A stretch of DNA of 64,000 nucleotides, from the NCBI GenBank assembly GCA_045159875.1, contig CP067995.1, forward strand, positions 2,848,001 to 2,912,000. Direction: 5' to 3'. The notes under the pieces were generated by a model, which was not told the origin of the DNA, ran no database searches, and saw only the letters and a list, made by a program, of their open reading frames with translations. The stretch comes from a cyanobacterium endosymbiont of Rhopalodia gibba. GTDB lineage: Bacteria > Cyanobacteriota > Cyanobacteriia > Cyanobacteriales > Microcystaceae. The translations under genes were made by a program, and so were the position numbers. Positions 23,597 through 34,216 of the stretch are shown here, piece by piece; within the stretch, counting starts at the first letter, position 1; each line of letters begins with the position of its first letter.

Positions 23597-23637
23597 TATT
23601 ATTCTACATTGCAAAAAAATTACAATGTAGAATAATA
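23597..23637. repeat. perfect inverted repeat, 15-bp arms, 11-nt spacer
   Basis: tattattctacattg-caaaaaaatta-caatgtagaataata. Confidence 0.9.
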
Positions 23638-24933
23638 TTTAAATATTTGATTTCCTGAATAAAAACAAATGATTAGTAATTAATTTACTTTATTGCCAAT
23701 AGATAACATTATCTTTTTTTTGCAAAAAATGCTGTCAATTGAGAAACAAAATAACAATTTTGTTTAAAAAAAACTTTTACATAAGTAATTTACATGGTAA
23801 AATACTCCGGTAAGATTAGGATTAAATCTTATATCTCTAGCACTAGACATTGAAAAAATATGCTTTTAGGCTAAAGCTGCTCCTTTCCTTTTGATACCTA
23901 AATTTTTGTCAACCTAACGTTAATCTAGATTTACTTCCTTTCCAAGAAATTACTACATTTTTTTCCAAAATATATAGATCTAAATCTTGGGCTTAACCTT
24001 TCACATGCTAATTAACAATAATTACAACTTGAGCTATTAACATAATCATTATATATCTAAAAATACGCATAAAAACGCATTTTTAATTTATTCTTAAAAC
24101 AAGAAAAGTGCAATTTTGGAGATTGCCTATCAGCACAGGCTATATCTAAAACTATTAGAACTTGTTGGAAAATTCAAATATCAACTATTTTAATAATTTT
24201 ATTATTATTTTTTGTTTGTGTTAACCACTGAGATTATTTATGATTATTGGTAGGAGGAATAATATATTTCTCTTTTAAAAAGTAAAAATTAAGATCAAAC
24301 TTAGTAAAAAATAACTAATTTTTATGTTTTATCAAGGCATAATCTTCGACTGAATCGCAAACACTTAGTGTACATCAATTACCTTATTTTACTGTTTATC
24401 TGATAAAAAGTTATATTCATACGTTGGAAGGATCATTGATTTAATATTCATTAATACCTCTGTTCGACTAGATTGATCTAGATAAACTTTTAAGCTGTGT
24501 AGGAGTCTTCTGTGGATCGTTTTTTTTGTAGAAACTAGTTATATTTTACGATTTTTAATAACTGAAATATACTAAAAAAGGAGTTTAGTATACACTGTGC
24601 TTGGGAGTAATTATAAGAAAAATTATCATAAATAATAAAGAAAGAGCGATCTAAATCTTTCATTTTTTATTTTCTGTATCTGCCATTCATTATAGTATGC
24701 TAATTTTTAATAGTAAAAGGATGTCAATGTAGGCAAATAGACCAAGATTAATTTCAGTGTTTCCATCACTTCACAATTAAATTAATAGTACTCTTAGGTT
24801 ATACTCCCTGTGTATGTTATGATGGGCGAGTAAATAACAAAACCTAAGTTACAAAGCCTCTAGGGGAGATTGCAGTTTTCATCAGAGTTAAAAGCTACAA
24901 CTATTACCAGGTTGAACTGAGGCATTTATTTAA

Positions 24934-25902
24934 TTGAGTCCTTGTCAAATTAGCATGGCTAACTATTCTAAGCAAGAAGTTACCATTGCCGTGGTCGGTG
25001 ATATTCACGGTCAGTGGGAAGAGGATGATAATCTCGCCTTAGAAAATTTAGGAGTTGATCTTGTCCTCTTTGTCGGGGATTTTGGGGACGAAGCAGTTTC
25101 TATTGTTCGTTTAATTGCTGACCTTACTCTCCCTAAAGCCGCGATTATGGGCAACCATGATGCTTGGTACACTGCCTCAGACTGGGGGCGCGAACAATGT
25201 CCTTATGATCGAACTAGAGAAGATTGGCTACAGGCACAACTCGATTTATTAGGGACAGCCCATGTGGGTTATGCGAAGTTAGATTTCGTGGAATTAAACC
25301 TCTCGGTGGTGGGGAGTCGTCCCTACAGTTGGGGTGGATCTCAATGGAAAAACAAAACTTTTTTACGAGATCGTTACGGTGTCACTAGTTTTGCAGAATC
25401 TACTGCTAGAATTGTCGCTGCAGCCAAACAAACAACATACAATACTGTGATTCTTTTGGGACATAATGGACCAACAGGATTGGGAGAAGAACCTGGGGCA
25501 ATCTGTGGACGTGATTGGAAACCCCTGGGTGGTGATCACGGTGACCCTGATTTTGCAGAGGCTATCACTGAAGTTCACGCTTTGGGTAAGCATATTCCCT
25601 TCGTAACCTTCGGGCATATGCACCACCGATTACGATATACAAATTCTCGACTCAGAATTCAAGTTGAACATAATTCAACAAACACAATTTATTTAAATGC
25701 TGCTAGTGTTCCCCGCTACATAAAAAAGGATAAAGTTAAATTACGCAATTTTTCATTAGTTTCTTTAAACCGAGGAGAAGTTAGAGAAATGTCTTTGGTC
25801 TGGGTTAATCCTGATGGGATAATTTTTTCTCAAGAATGTTTGTATCGTCATCAAGATGCTATTGCCCCAGGTGCAGCCTTCCTGAATACCCAACTTTCTT
25901 AA
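24934..25902 (+). CDS. TIGR04168/DevT-like metallophosphoesterase
   Basis: GDIHG, VGDFG, GNHD, GHNGP, FGHMH metallophosphoesterase motifs; true start may be ATG 24955. Confidence 0.88.
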   Translation: MSPCQISMANYSKQEVTIAVVGDIHGQWEEDDNLALENLGVDLVLFVGDFGDEAVSIVRLIADLTLPKAAIMGNHDAWYTASDWGREQCPYDRTREDWLQAQLDLLGTAHVGYAKLDFVELNLSVVGSRPYSWGGSQWKNKTFLRDRYGVTSFAESTARIVAAAKQTTYNTVILLGHNGPTGLGEEPGAICGRDWKPLGGDHGDPDFAEAITEVHALGKHIPFVTFGHMHHRLRYTNSRLRIQVEHNSTNTIYLNAASVPRYIKKDKVKLRNFSLVSLNRGEVREMSLVWVNPDGIIFSQECLYRHQDAIAPGAAFLNTQLS

Positions 25903-26000
25903 CCAATCAACTAATCTTACCTATTTCTGGTACTCATGTGTGGAGCTTTTTACTGGGGATTCATAAAGTCTTATTAATCACGTGTTATTCTAAGAATTTT

Positions 26001-26009
26001 TGATAGAAT
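26001..26009 (+). promoter_or_regulatory. extended -10 element for tRNA-Ser
   Basis: TGaTAGAAT about 20 nt upstream of the tRNA. Confidence 0.5.
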
Positions 26010-26028
26010 GGAATCTGCTCGTATTATT

Positions 26029-26113
26029 GGAGAGGTGGCAGAGTGGTCGAATGCGCCCGACTTGAAATCGGGTTTGGGTAAAACCAACGTGGGTTCGAAT
26101 CCCACCCTCTCCG
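26029..26113 (+). tRNA. trnS: tRNA-Ser(UGA)
   Basis: acceptor GGAGAGG/CCTCTCC, anticodon arm CCCGA-CTTGAAA-TCGGG, long variable arm, GGTTCGAATCC T-loop; CCA not encoded. Confidence 0.96.
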
Positions 26114-26208
26114 TCATGAGATCAATTTTTAAGAAGTTTTTGAGCCAACACAAGGTTTTAAAGTTGAGAAGTCACTTTGAGCGATAAGAATCGACTAAAG
26201 TGGTAGAC

Positions 26209-26790
26209 GATGGCTTATGACCGTTAGAAAACTTCCTGTGTTTTCCTTTCCGGAGGTCGTTTTATTTTGTAGGTCACCCATTCCTCTCCATATCTTTGAA
26301 TTTCTCTATAGTATGATGATAAATACGGTTTTGGAGAATGATAGTTGCTTTGGAGTTTTGATGGTTAATTTTCTCAATGGCAAAATTACTAAAGTGGGTT
26401 ATTGTTCTAAAGTAATTCGATTTCAACGTTTACCTGATGATTGCATGAAAGTTCTTATCCTTGGACAGCGAAGATTTAGACTGCTCGATACCGTTCTAGA
26501 AAAATCCTATCGAGTGGGATTGGCAGAATGGGTCAACGATCAACCTTCATCTAAAGATGATAAGACCTCTAGCCGACGAAGTATAACAGTTATTTAAAAA
26601 TGTTATACGCCTCTCAGCAAAATTGACAGATCAAAAGATTGAATTGTCCAAAAAACCTATTGAGTACATAAAATACTGCAACTCTCTTAAAACGTAAATC
26701 AGAGACCTTAATTTTAAATCCGAGATTTTAACTTGTACCTGTAATCATTTAGCAGCTAGAACGGCTTTTTAAATAGACTGAGCTAGTGCC
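26209..26790 (+). pseudogene. Lon peptidase substrate-binding (N) domain protein pseudogene
   Basis: LPVFSFPEVVLF..PLHIFE, FGVLM, QRLPDD.MK...GQRRFR; frameshift near 26560, later fragments VIRLSAKLTDQKIEL and NHLAART. Confidence 0.85.
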
Positions 26791-26796
26791 AATAGC

Positions 26797-27663
26797 TCAA
26801 AACTGAGCAATATCTATTTTTTTGAGCGATAATACCCGATAAGCCCCAAAAACCTTTAGAGTCTCCGTATAGATTCTCAGTTCAGCTAGAGCTTCTTCAA
26901 TAGAATTTAACTCTGAGTTGATCTCAAGATCGATAAAAAAGAGATATTCTCCCAGTGATCGCTTGGTAGGGCGCGATTCGATACGACTTAAATTAATTCC
27001 CCGTTTGGCAAATACCTCCAAGGGTCTAACCAGGGTGCCAGGGACATTATCAGGAATACTAAATCCTAAGGAAATCCGACTCCCTTCTATGGTGGTTGGC
27101 GTTAATTCCAATATCCAGAACCGAGTACAATTATCGGGATAATCGTTAATATCATTGATCAGAATGGGAAAGTTGTACAGCTTGGCAGCACGGGGAGAGG
27201 CGATTGCCGCCGAGGTGAAATCGAGATCGAGTTGATGTAGAGCTTCAGTGGTCGAATTTGTTGGAATTAAAGAGACAGAGGGTAAATTCTGTTCTAGCCA
27301 ATGTTGACATTGTGCTAAAGCTTGGGGATGGGAATAAACTGTTCTCAGTCCTTTTAGAGATTTTCTTCTTGATAATAAAGCATGGGAGATGGGCAAGACT
27401 AACTCTTGTTGAATCTTGAGTTTGTCTAATTGCCAAAGGCTGTCGAGAATGATAGCCACTGTTCCCTCTGTAGAGTTCTCCACCGGAACAACAGCCTGTT
27501 GAGTTTCCCCATAGGCAACAGCGTATAAAGATTGAGCAATTGTAGGATAGGGACACAGAAGAGATTTTTTTCCCTCTTTTTGCTCTAACCAACGCTGATA
27601 AGCCAGGGTAGCCGTTTCTGCATTAGTTCCCGTCGGACCTAGATGAGCAATGGAAATAGCCAT
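26797..27663 (-). CDS. pheA: prephenate dehydratase
   Basis: LGP.GT, VVPVENSTEG, SHPQALAQC, N.TRF, INLSRIESRP, YLFFID (ACT domain). Confidence 0.96.
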   Translation of the reverse strand: MAISIAHLGPTGTNAETATLAYQRWLEQKEGKKSLLCPYPTIAQSLYAVAYGETQQAVVPVENSTEGTVAIILDSLWQLDKLKIQQELVLPISHALLSRRKSLKGLRTVYSHPQALAQCQHWLEQNLPSVSLIPTNSTTEALHQLDLDFTSAAIASPRAAKLYNFPILINDINDYPDNCTRFWILELTPTTIEGSRISLGFSIPDNVPGTLVRPLEVFAKRGINLSRIESRPTKRSLGEYLFFIDLEINSELNSIEEALAELRIYTETLKVFGAYRVLSLKKIDIAQF

Positions 27664-27902
27664 AGGGAATAAATTTGTAATCTGATTGATTATATCGAGA
27701 TTTGGATCGCTATACTTAAGTAATTTAACTCAATCGAAAGTTCACATGATGAATATCATTTAATTAGTAAAAATTCTTCTCAAAATTTGTCTAATAAAAA
27801 TTTATTTTACAAAAAATAAATTTTCTTGAGCCTTTAAAAGGAGTAAACTAAAATTAAATAAAAAATTTTTCTTTAAAATATTTTCAGGTAAATCAATTAT
27901 CT

Positions 27903-28180
27903 ATGGATGTTTATTTGGGTGCTTTGGAGTTAATATCCATCGTTGTTGAAGATACTTCACTTCAGTGCCCTTGCATAATTTGCGACAACCTCAACTCTTA
28001 GTCGAGGCGATTACCAGTCCAAAATTAATATAATTTATTTCTAAAGGTCTCTTTGAGTTAAAGATGTATCCCCTCCATTTTATGAAGTTTTATCATTTCT
28101 AACCCATAGTTGTTTTAAACGTTAAGACCGATAGTCAAGACAAGGCATATTTAAGATTTCAAGAATACGAAAACTCTGAT
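27903..28180 (+). pseudogene. DUF1997 family protein pseudogene (5' part)
   Basis: LRQPQLLVEAITSPKLI*...FELKMYPLHFMKFYHF*PIVVL; usual position divergent from pheA. Confidence 0.7.
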
Positions 28181-28205
28181 TTTTTTAAATAAAGCGTACT
28201 TTAAA

Positions 28206-28309
28206 GTAGGAAATACTATCACAGAGCTAAATAGCGCTCTGTATCTCACTTTATCTGCTTCCGCAATAACTAATGTCCATAAGGACAATAAATCCAGATT
28301 AATCTCCAT
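28206..28309 (-). pseudogene. rnhB: ribonuclease HII N-terminal remnant
   Basis: MEINLDLLSLWTLVIAEADKVRYRALFSSVIV is a decayed 'IAGVDEVGRGALFGPVV' motif; directly downstream of rne. Confidence 0.7.
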
Positions 28310-28335
28310 AAATATAAGCTGAAGTAATTTTTATT

Positions 28336-28378
28336 ATACATAAGAAGAGATAAAGTTAAATTATCTCTTCTTATGTAT
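28336..28378. repeat. perfect inverted repeat, 18-bp arms, 7-nt spacer; possible rne terminator
   Basis: atacataagaagagataa-agttaaa-ttatctcttcttatgtat, about 23 nt past the rne stop. Confidence 0.92.
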
Positions 28379-28401
28379 CTATTTGGATTCAAAGATAATG
28401 C

Positions 28402-30384
28402 TTAAGCTTCTTTGGCGGAAGAACGACGACGACGACGACGAATTACAGGGCGTTCAGAGTCACTTTCCGGTAGTTTTGTTGATGTTTCTTTATCATCTAT
28501 CTTCTCGTCATTATCAGAAAACTCAGACACCTCAAGGGGAATGGACTGAGGTATAACAAATGATGTGTCTCCACAAGAAACCTCTGGTTCTTCTTTTACC
28601 TTTTGCATCCTTTGTTCCTTTCTTATTTCTTGTGTGTTCGACATATTTACTAAATTTTCAGGGAACTTAACGGATACTAATACAGACTTAGGGTCTTTAA
28701 ACTCACGATCAAGACGCACTAGGGGGGAGACTCCCATTAAGGCATATAGGTTTTGTTCCAAAGGAGTCATTTCCACAGATACCTTTTCCATGGGTATTTC
28801 TTCTCGGCGTAAATGCCTATGCCCTCGTTCTTTCCTGGGTTCAGCTTCTATTTCTCCTAAATAGTCACTCTCTTTTACCACGATATTGGGAACTACTTTA
28901 GTCATTAACTCATCCTTTAACTGAGGTTGAGATTGACGACGACGACGACGACGAGTGGCATTGGAGGCATTCCCCTGTTCTTGATAGCTCGGATGGTGAA
29001 GTAATTCCAGTTGACTAGGGGTCTGGTGTATTTCATTTTCCAAACTAGATTCTCCAATGATTTCAGGCTTTTCCACCAATTTTTCCACTGGTTTCACAAC
29101 AGGAGAAGGGGAAACCACAGTAACCGTTTCCAAAGGAAGCAATTCGGATTGTCCTGGAAGGCGAACCATATGTCCTAAACCACCACAACTGGAACAAGGT
29201 TGACTAAATAATTCGTAAATATTTTTGCCTTGACGTTTTCGAGTCAGTTCAACTAAACCTAATTCCGAAAGTTGTGCAATTTGGGGCCTAGCTTTATCAG
29301 ATTTGAGGGCTTTATTGAAATGTTCTAATAGCTTAAGTTGATCGCGCCGTGAGTCCATATCGATAAAGTCTACAATAATTACCCCTCCAATATTACGTAG
29401 ACGCAATTGACGGGCAATTTCTGTGGCTGCTTCACTATTAGTCCACAGAACCGTTTCTCTGGCTGTTGCTGAACGAGTAAATGAACCAGAGTTAACATCA
29501 ACGACTGTTAACGCTTCGGTTGGTTCAATGATGACGTAACCGCCAGAAGGTAAGTCAACCCTTGGTTTTAGCGCTTCTCGAATTGCGGCATTGACGCGAA
29601 AATAATCTAAAACTCCAAGATGTTCGCGGTGATGATCAATCAACACTCCTTCAGGAGAACGACCACCACTCCAATTCATTAAGTGCTGTTTTACTCGTTT
29701 TACCCCTGCTTGGGAATCTACAACAATGCGGTTTACCTCTGCATTATACATATCTCGTAACACCCGTTGAATAAAATCGTCATCACGGTTGAGTAGAGAA
29801 GGAGGACGAGTTGAAGTAGCTTGAACTTGAATAGATTCCCATTGTCGCTGGAGAAACTCTAAGTCTTCCATAATTGCTTCTTCAGCTTTCCCCTCGGCTT
29901 CGGTTCGAACCAGTAACCCCATTCCTGCAGGTTTAATCAAAATAGCTAAAGCACGTAGTCGACTACGTTCATCATCATTTTTAATTCTTCTAGAAAGGTT
30001 AACCCCTCGACCATAGGGCATTAAAACTAAGTACCGACCTGGCAATGTAATATTTCCTGTGAGTCGTGGACCCTTGTTTCCCGTGGGTTCTTTCATCACC
30101 TGAACCAACACATTTTGTTGAGGAGTCAACAACTCTGTAATGGCTCCCGCACTTCTTTTTAAGCGAAGAGGACCTAAATCGGTGACATGAATAAACCCAT
30201 TGCGTTCTGCATCTCCAATATTGACAAATGCTGCGTCAATGCCTGGAATTACATTTTCGACCACTCCTAAATAAATGTCGCTAACTTGTTGGTTGCCAGT
30301 GGCAACCACTAACTCCTGAATTTGATCTTCCCAGAAAACAGCAGCAATGTGGTGTTGCTCTGCGATAACAATTTGCTTTGGCAT
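28402..30384 (-). CDS. rne: ribonuclease E/G
   Basis: S1 domain (PGIDAAFVNIG...GFIH), KEPTGNKGPRLT, DVNSGSF, RLRNIGGVIIVDFIDM, CxxCxG; Arg-rich disordered tail ending RRRRRRSSA. Confidence 0.97.
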   Translation of the reverse strand: MPKQIVIAEQHHIAAVFWEDQIQELVVATGNQQVSDIYLGVVENVIPGIDAAFVNIGDAERNGFIHVTDLGPLRLKRSAGAITELLTPQQNVLVQVMKEPTGNKGPRLTGNITLPGRYLVLMPYGRGVNLSRRIKNDDERSRLRALAILIKPAGMGLLVRTEAEGKAEEAIMEDLEFLQRQWESIQVQATSTRPPSLLNRDDDFIQRVLRDMYNAEVNRIVVDSQAGVKRVKQHLMNWSGGRSPEGVLIDHHREHLGVLDYFRVNAAIREALKPRVDLPSGGYVIIEPTEALTVVDVNSGSFTRSATARETVLWTNSEAATEIARQLRLRNIGGVIIVDFIDMDSRRDQLKLLEHFNKALKSDKARPQIAQLSELGLVELTRKRQGKNIYELFSQPCSSCGGLGHMVRLPGQSELLPLETVTVVSPSPVVKPVEKLVEKPEIIGESSLENEIHQTPSQLELLHHPSYQEQGNASNATRRRRRRQSQPQLKDELMTKVVPNIVVKESDYLGEIEAEPRKERGHRHLRREEIPMEKVSVEMTPLEQNLYALMGVSPLVRLDREFKDPKSVLVSVKFPENLVNMSNTQEIRKEQRMQKVKEEPEVSCGDTSFVIPQSIPLEVSEFSDNDEKIDDKETSTKLPESDSERPVIRRRRRRSSAKEA

Positions 30385-31676
30385 GCAATTCCCTCAAACT
30401 TTTGTAGCCGACTAGAACACTTTATTAAGTCGAGTGCCTGTCGATATAGATTAGTCAAAAAACTGTCTAAATTTAGTCGCAATTGACTTCAAGCCAACGA
30501 AGAATCAAAGAAAATTATACTCACCCTTATCTTTCACCCGAACGTCGGCTATCTAATTTTAAGCTGACGCAAGTAATCTCGTCTGAGAAGGTTGCTCGTT
30601 TTCTGGATGTATCTCTACCAATCTTAAAACGAGAATTGTAATTCGATATTTAGTAAACCCCTCTTTGAATAAACTTGTCAGCACCAACATTTATTGCATG
30701 TGAGACGCTTCCTAGGTGAACTGAGTTGATGATAGAACCAACAAGAAACACTTCAAATGTTCCTAGCAGTGAACTAACTAATGGTTACAGTCAACTAAAC
30801 GGTTAAGTTCTATTTGTATTAAATTACTTCAGCTGGTTGAGTGATTTTGATTTCGTTGGACATTAATCATTAAGGACAATCTACATGAATACTAGATTAT
30901 TTTAACTCAATTAAAACCTAGTTGAAAACCTAAAACCATACCATTAGCTCACGTTTAGTTTTTGGATAACGTTAGTGTTACCCAATTGTTTCTATTCACA
31001 TTTTCAGGTTGAGCAACCAGTGTGAATCATATTTCCTAGAATCCTATGTGTTTAGAAGTCAGATGTAACTCTATTTAATTACCCTAAGTAGATTCGTTTC
31101 CAGTCATACGTGTCATCTTAACATAGATATGTCCGTCATTTATTTTTCTTATGTAGACTTGAAAGCTAATGCCAGAAGCGCAACATCATATAAACCTTTC
31201 TAAACTATGAGAGAAGAAACCTGTCCTAAATCCGATTGTAAAAACTTACTTCAACTTAAAGAAAGGAAGAGGGACAAAGATTTGAGAAGGTAAGAGAAAA
31301 AGGAGAAGATGAAAACCAAATTGTGATGTCATAGGTTGACACAAAGTAAGAGTGTAGACTGTGAGGGTGAAAAGAGCAAAGAAAAAATTTCCGCCGAACT
31401 TTAACTCAATGGCAATCACATGCCAAAAAAGGTGAGTTTTTTTCCTTTACCCAACTAAAAGCTAAAATTATTCAGTAAGGGAAAAATTTGTCCCACCGAG
31501 TCTATAGAACCTATTTTTTGTCAAAAATTACGAATAAAAGACTTTTTATTTTAAATAAACAAACCCTGGAGTTAACAGAAGTAGGTCATCGGCATCGTTA
31601 AAATTTAGTGTGATAGTCCTAATTTCGGTTTGCGGGGTTGTGGCCTCAATTCCTCCGTCCTTCTTTAACATTAACA
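30385..31676 (-). promoter_or_regulatory. candidate very long rne 5' leader with extended -10 promoter
   Basis: no ORF of 60 aa or more, yet GC stays higher than in decayed DNA; TGtTAATGT at 31676-31668; pyrimidine-rich tract about 31260-31390 on the minus strand. Confidence 0.45.
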
Positions 31677-32222
31677 GAAATGTCTAAGCTGATAAAAAAG
31701 CCTACAGTAGGTTAGAGTTTGTCCGTTCTGTCCCTCTAAAAGTTGGAGATATATTTTTAGTCTACCATTAGACCCACTAGTTAAGAATAGGTTAATAATA
31801 TCAGATTTAGTCATAAAAATACTATTAATGGTAGTATTCACTATATCAATTTTATTTCTATAAAAGTCGTATTTTCTATAGTTAAGCTTAATAATTGTAG
31901 TTTTTTTATACTTTTTTAAAAAAAGTTATTAGCAGTTTTAAGCACTAATTTATATTTTTGATAGTTGTATGTTACAATTTATTTAAAATTATTCTCTTTT
32001 TCAAGAGATAGTTTTAGAGCCTGACTCAAATAGAATATTAACGAATAAAAGTCTAGGTTTTGATTACTTCAAAACCTAAAGAATCAAAAGTTTTTGTATC
32101 TAGAATTATTGGATTGTTAAAAATTAAAATAAAAGCAATATAAGTTAACAACTACTAGCTGTAACACTCAGTTTAAAAGAAATAAAGAAACCGTATAAAT
32201 TTTTATTTTAAATTTTATTTAA

Positions 32223-32261
32223 AGATAGGAATATTTTTGTCAAGCAAAAATATTCCTATCT
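32223..32261. repeat. perfect inverted repeat, 17-bp arms, 5-nt spacer
   Basis: agataggaatatttttg-tcaag-caaaaatattcctatct. Confidence 0.95.
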
Positions 32262-32691
32262 CAATACTGTTTAGTTAAGAGAAAAGATAATTAAGATCCG
32301 CGTAATGTCAACAAAAATATAAGCCTAAAATATTTTTATGAATTTGGATAGTGAGTAAGCCTTGTCAAGGCTCAGTGAGAAATAGTAAATCTAAAAACAA
32401 TTCAATTATTAGATAACCACTTTGATGTTAGTAAATTTTTAAAAACTAATGTAAGGTTTATTAAGCACTCTAGGATTACTAATATTCTGTATTAATAAAA
32501 TTACTTTTAATATTACTTAAATTATTAATTAATTGAAAGATAAATAATTTTTTATACGTTATTTTTTAAGAATTAAAGATAATTTACTAAATAACTTTTA
32601 AGTAGCAAAAATAGCGGAAAAACTCTATTTTTAAAAGAATAAATTGGCTTAAATTACTGCCATAAAGGTTATAAATAATAAATACTATTAC

Positions 32692-32742
32692 TATCCAAAA
32701 ACGATGTAAATTTATTAGATAAATTTACATCGTTTTTGGATA
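32692..32742. repeat. perfect inverted repeat, 24-bp arms, 3-nt spacer
   Basis: tatccaaaaacgatgtaaatttat-tag-ataaatttacatcgtttttggata. Confidence 0.96.
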
Positions 32743-33349
32743 TATTTTGTCAGCGTGCTATTCAAATTAATTTTTAATTATGAGAATATGTTTTCTGGCT
32801 TTTAATGCTAAGACTATACTTTTTATAAAAAATATACTGTTTTTTATCTATTAAATCGGCAATTAAACGATCAACTCTCTTCTACTTTATATCTTAAATA
32901 CTGTTCGAATTATTAGTTCAGATAAATGATTTATTGATTGAACTCTTTGTTCAGCTTCTGTTGTTAGTTAACTTATCAGTCTCCTCAAAAGAAAATGCCA
33001 CAAATATATTTTTTGGAGAATTTTACATAGTTTTTTCAAAAAAGCTACATTTGTCTAAATTAGCTAAAACCCTGCATTAATTAAAATGACAATTGCACTG
33101 ATAAAAAAATTTTTTTTTCTTATATAAATGTTATTGATAGTCTGGCTTATATAACAAATGTTATAATTAATTTTTAAAAAGGCTATCAATGATTTTAGAT
33201 GTCTGGCTATATTGAATAATTGGACTGATAATTATTAAATTCATAAGAAATCTTTAGATAAATAAATTTAAAATCCTCCTTTTTATATATCATTATGTTT
33301 GCGTAGTTTTTATTGTAACTTTTCTCTTGGTACTTCTGTAACTAAAAAA

Positions 33350-33780
33350 GCTAATCAAGGAAATGAATCTCGTGCTGACTACCTAGCTGATACTCTTGAG
33401 ATAGAGCAGGATAAAATAAAACTTATCGAAGAAAAAAAGAGAATATACACCTCCTGGTTGTTGTATGATGTGGTGTTCAGCCTGAAGGCAAAATTAAACC
33501 CTATTGGGCTGTAAACTACAGGCTACTAAAAGGACTTCTTCTACCCAGTCTGAGGAGTTACATGGAGGATATGAGCGTTTGGGAGTTGCAGGGGCTTTAG
33601 CTTATGCTGGAACCGTTATGTACATGAATAGTCGAACATAGCCTTATATTCTGTCTAGAAGTTTTGACTCTTTAGTTGGTCCGATGTCTATAGCTTTAAG
33701 AAAAAAGAACCTTATGACTAATTCGCATTCATATTAAGTGAACATTGACCCCCGGGCAGTCGTTCCTTATGTCTAAATGG
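33350..33780 (+). pseudogene. unidentified pseudogene
   Basis: GC-rich island in AT-rich DNA; fragments ADYLADTLEIEQDKIKL and LHGGYERLGVAGALAYAGTVMYMNSR in different frames. Confidence 0.4.
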
Positions 33781-34216
33781 ATTAAGGTAAAATTTTTAAA
33801 ACATTGACTTTTGCGTATTAAAATTTAAAATTCTACTTAACCTGTAATGTGCGACTAAATACTTGAAAAGGAGGGAACTGAAGACAGATTTTAACTTTTT
33901 AGTTTTTTGAGAGGACTAATAGTCCTCTCGGTATATTGTTTTCTCCATTCCTCTTTCATATGAGCTTTAATTGAGGTAGCACTTATTTTAACTCTGTTGA
34001 ACTCTACTATAATTGTAAGTTCATCCCCAAGAAAAATTGTAGTTAGAAAGTATCGTTTTCCAGTAATGTTCATGCATTTTTTCTAAGTCTTTAAGTTTTT
34101 AAAGTTCTTAATATCCTGATATTTTCTTAATTTCTTTTCCCAACTGTTTCTTGCTCTCGATTTCTAACTATCAGTTTACTATCCTAAGTTAACTAGCACT
34201 GTATATAACCAAAACT

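Noticed and set aside
31990..32120. Additional IS630 fragment (gagcctgactc resembles about 15358)
   Set aside because: Match too short in AT-rich DNA to support.
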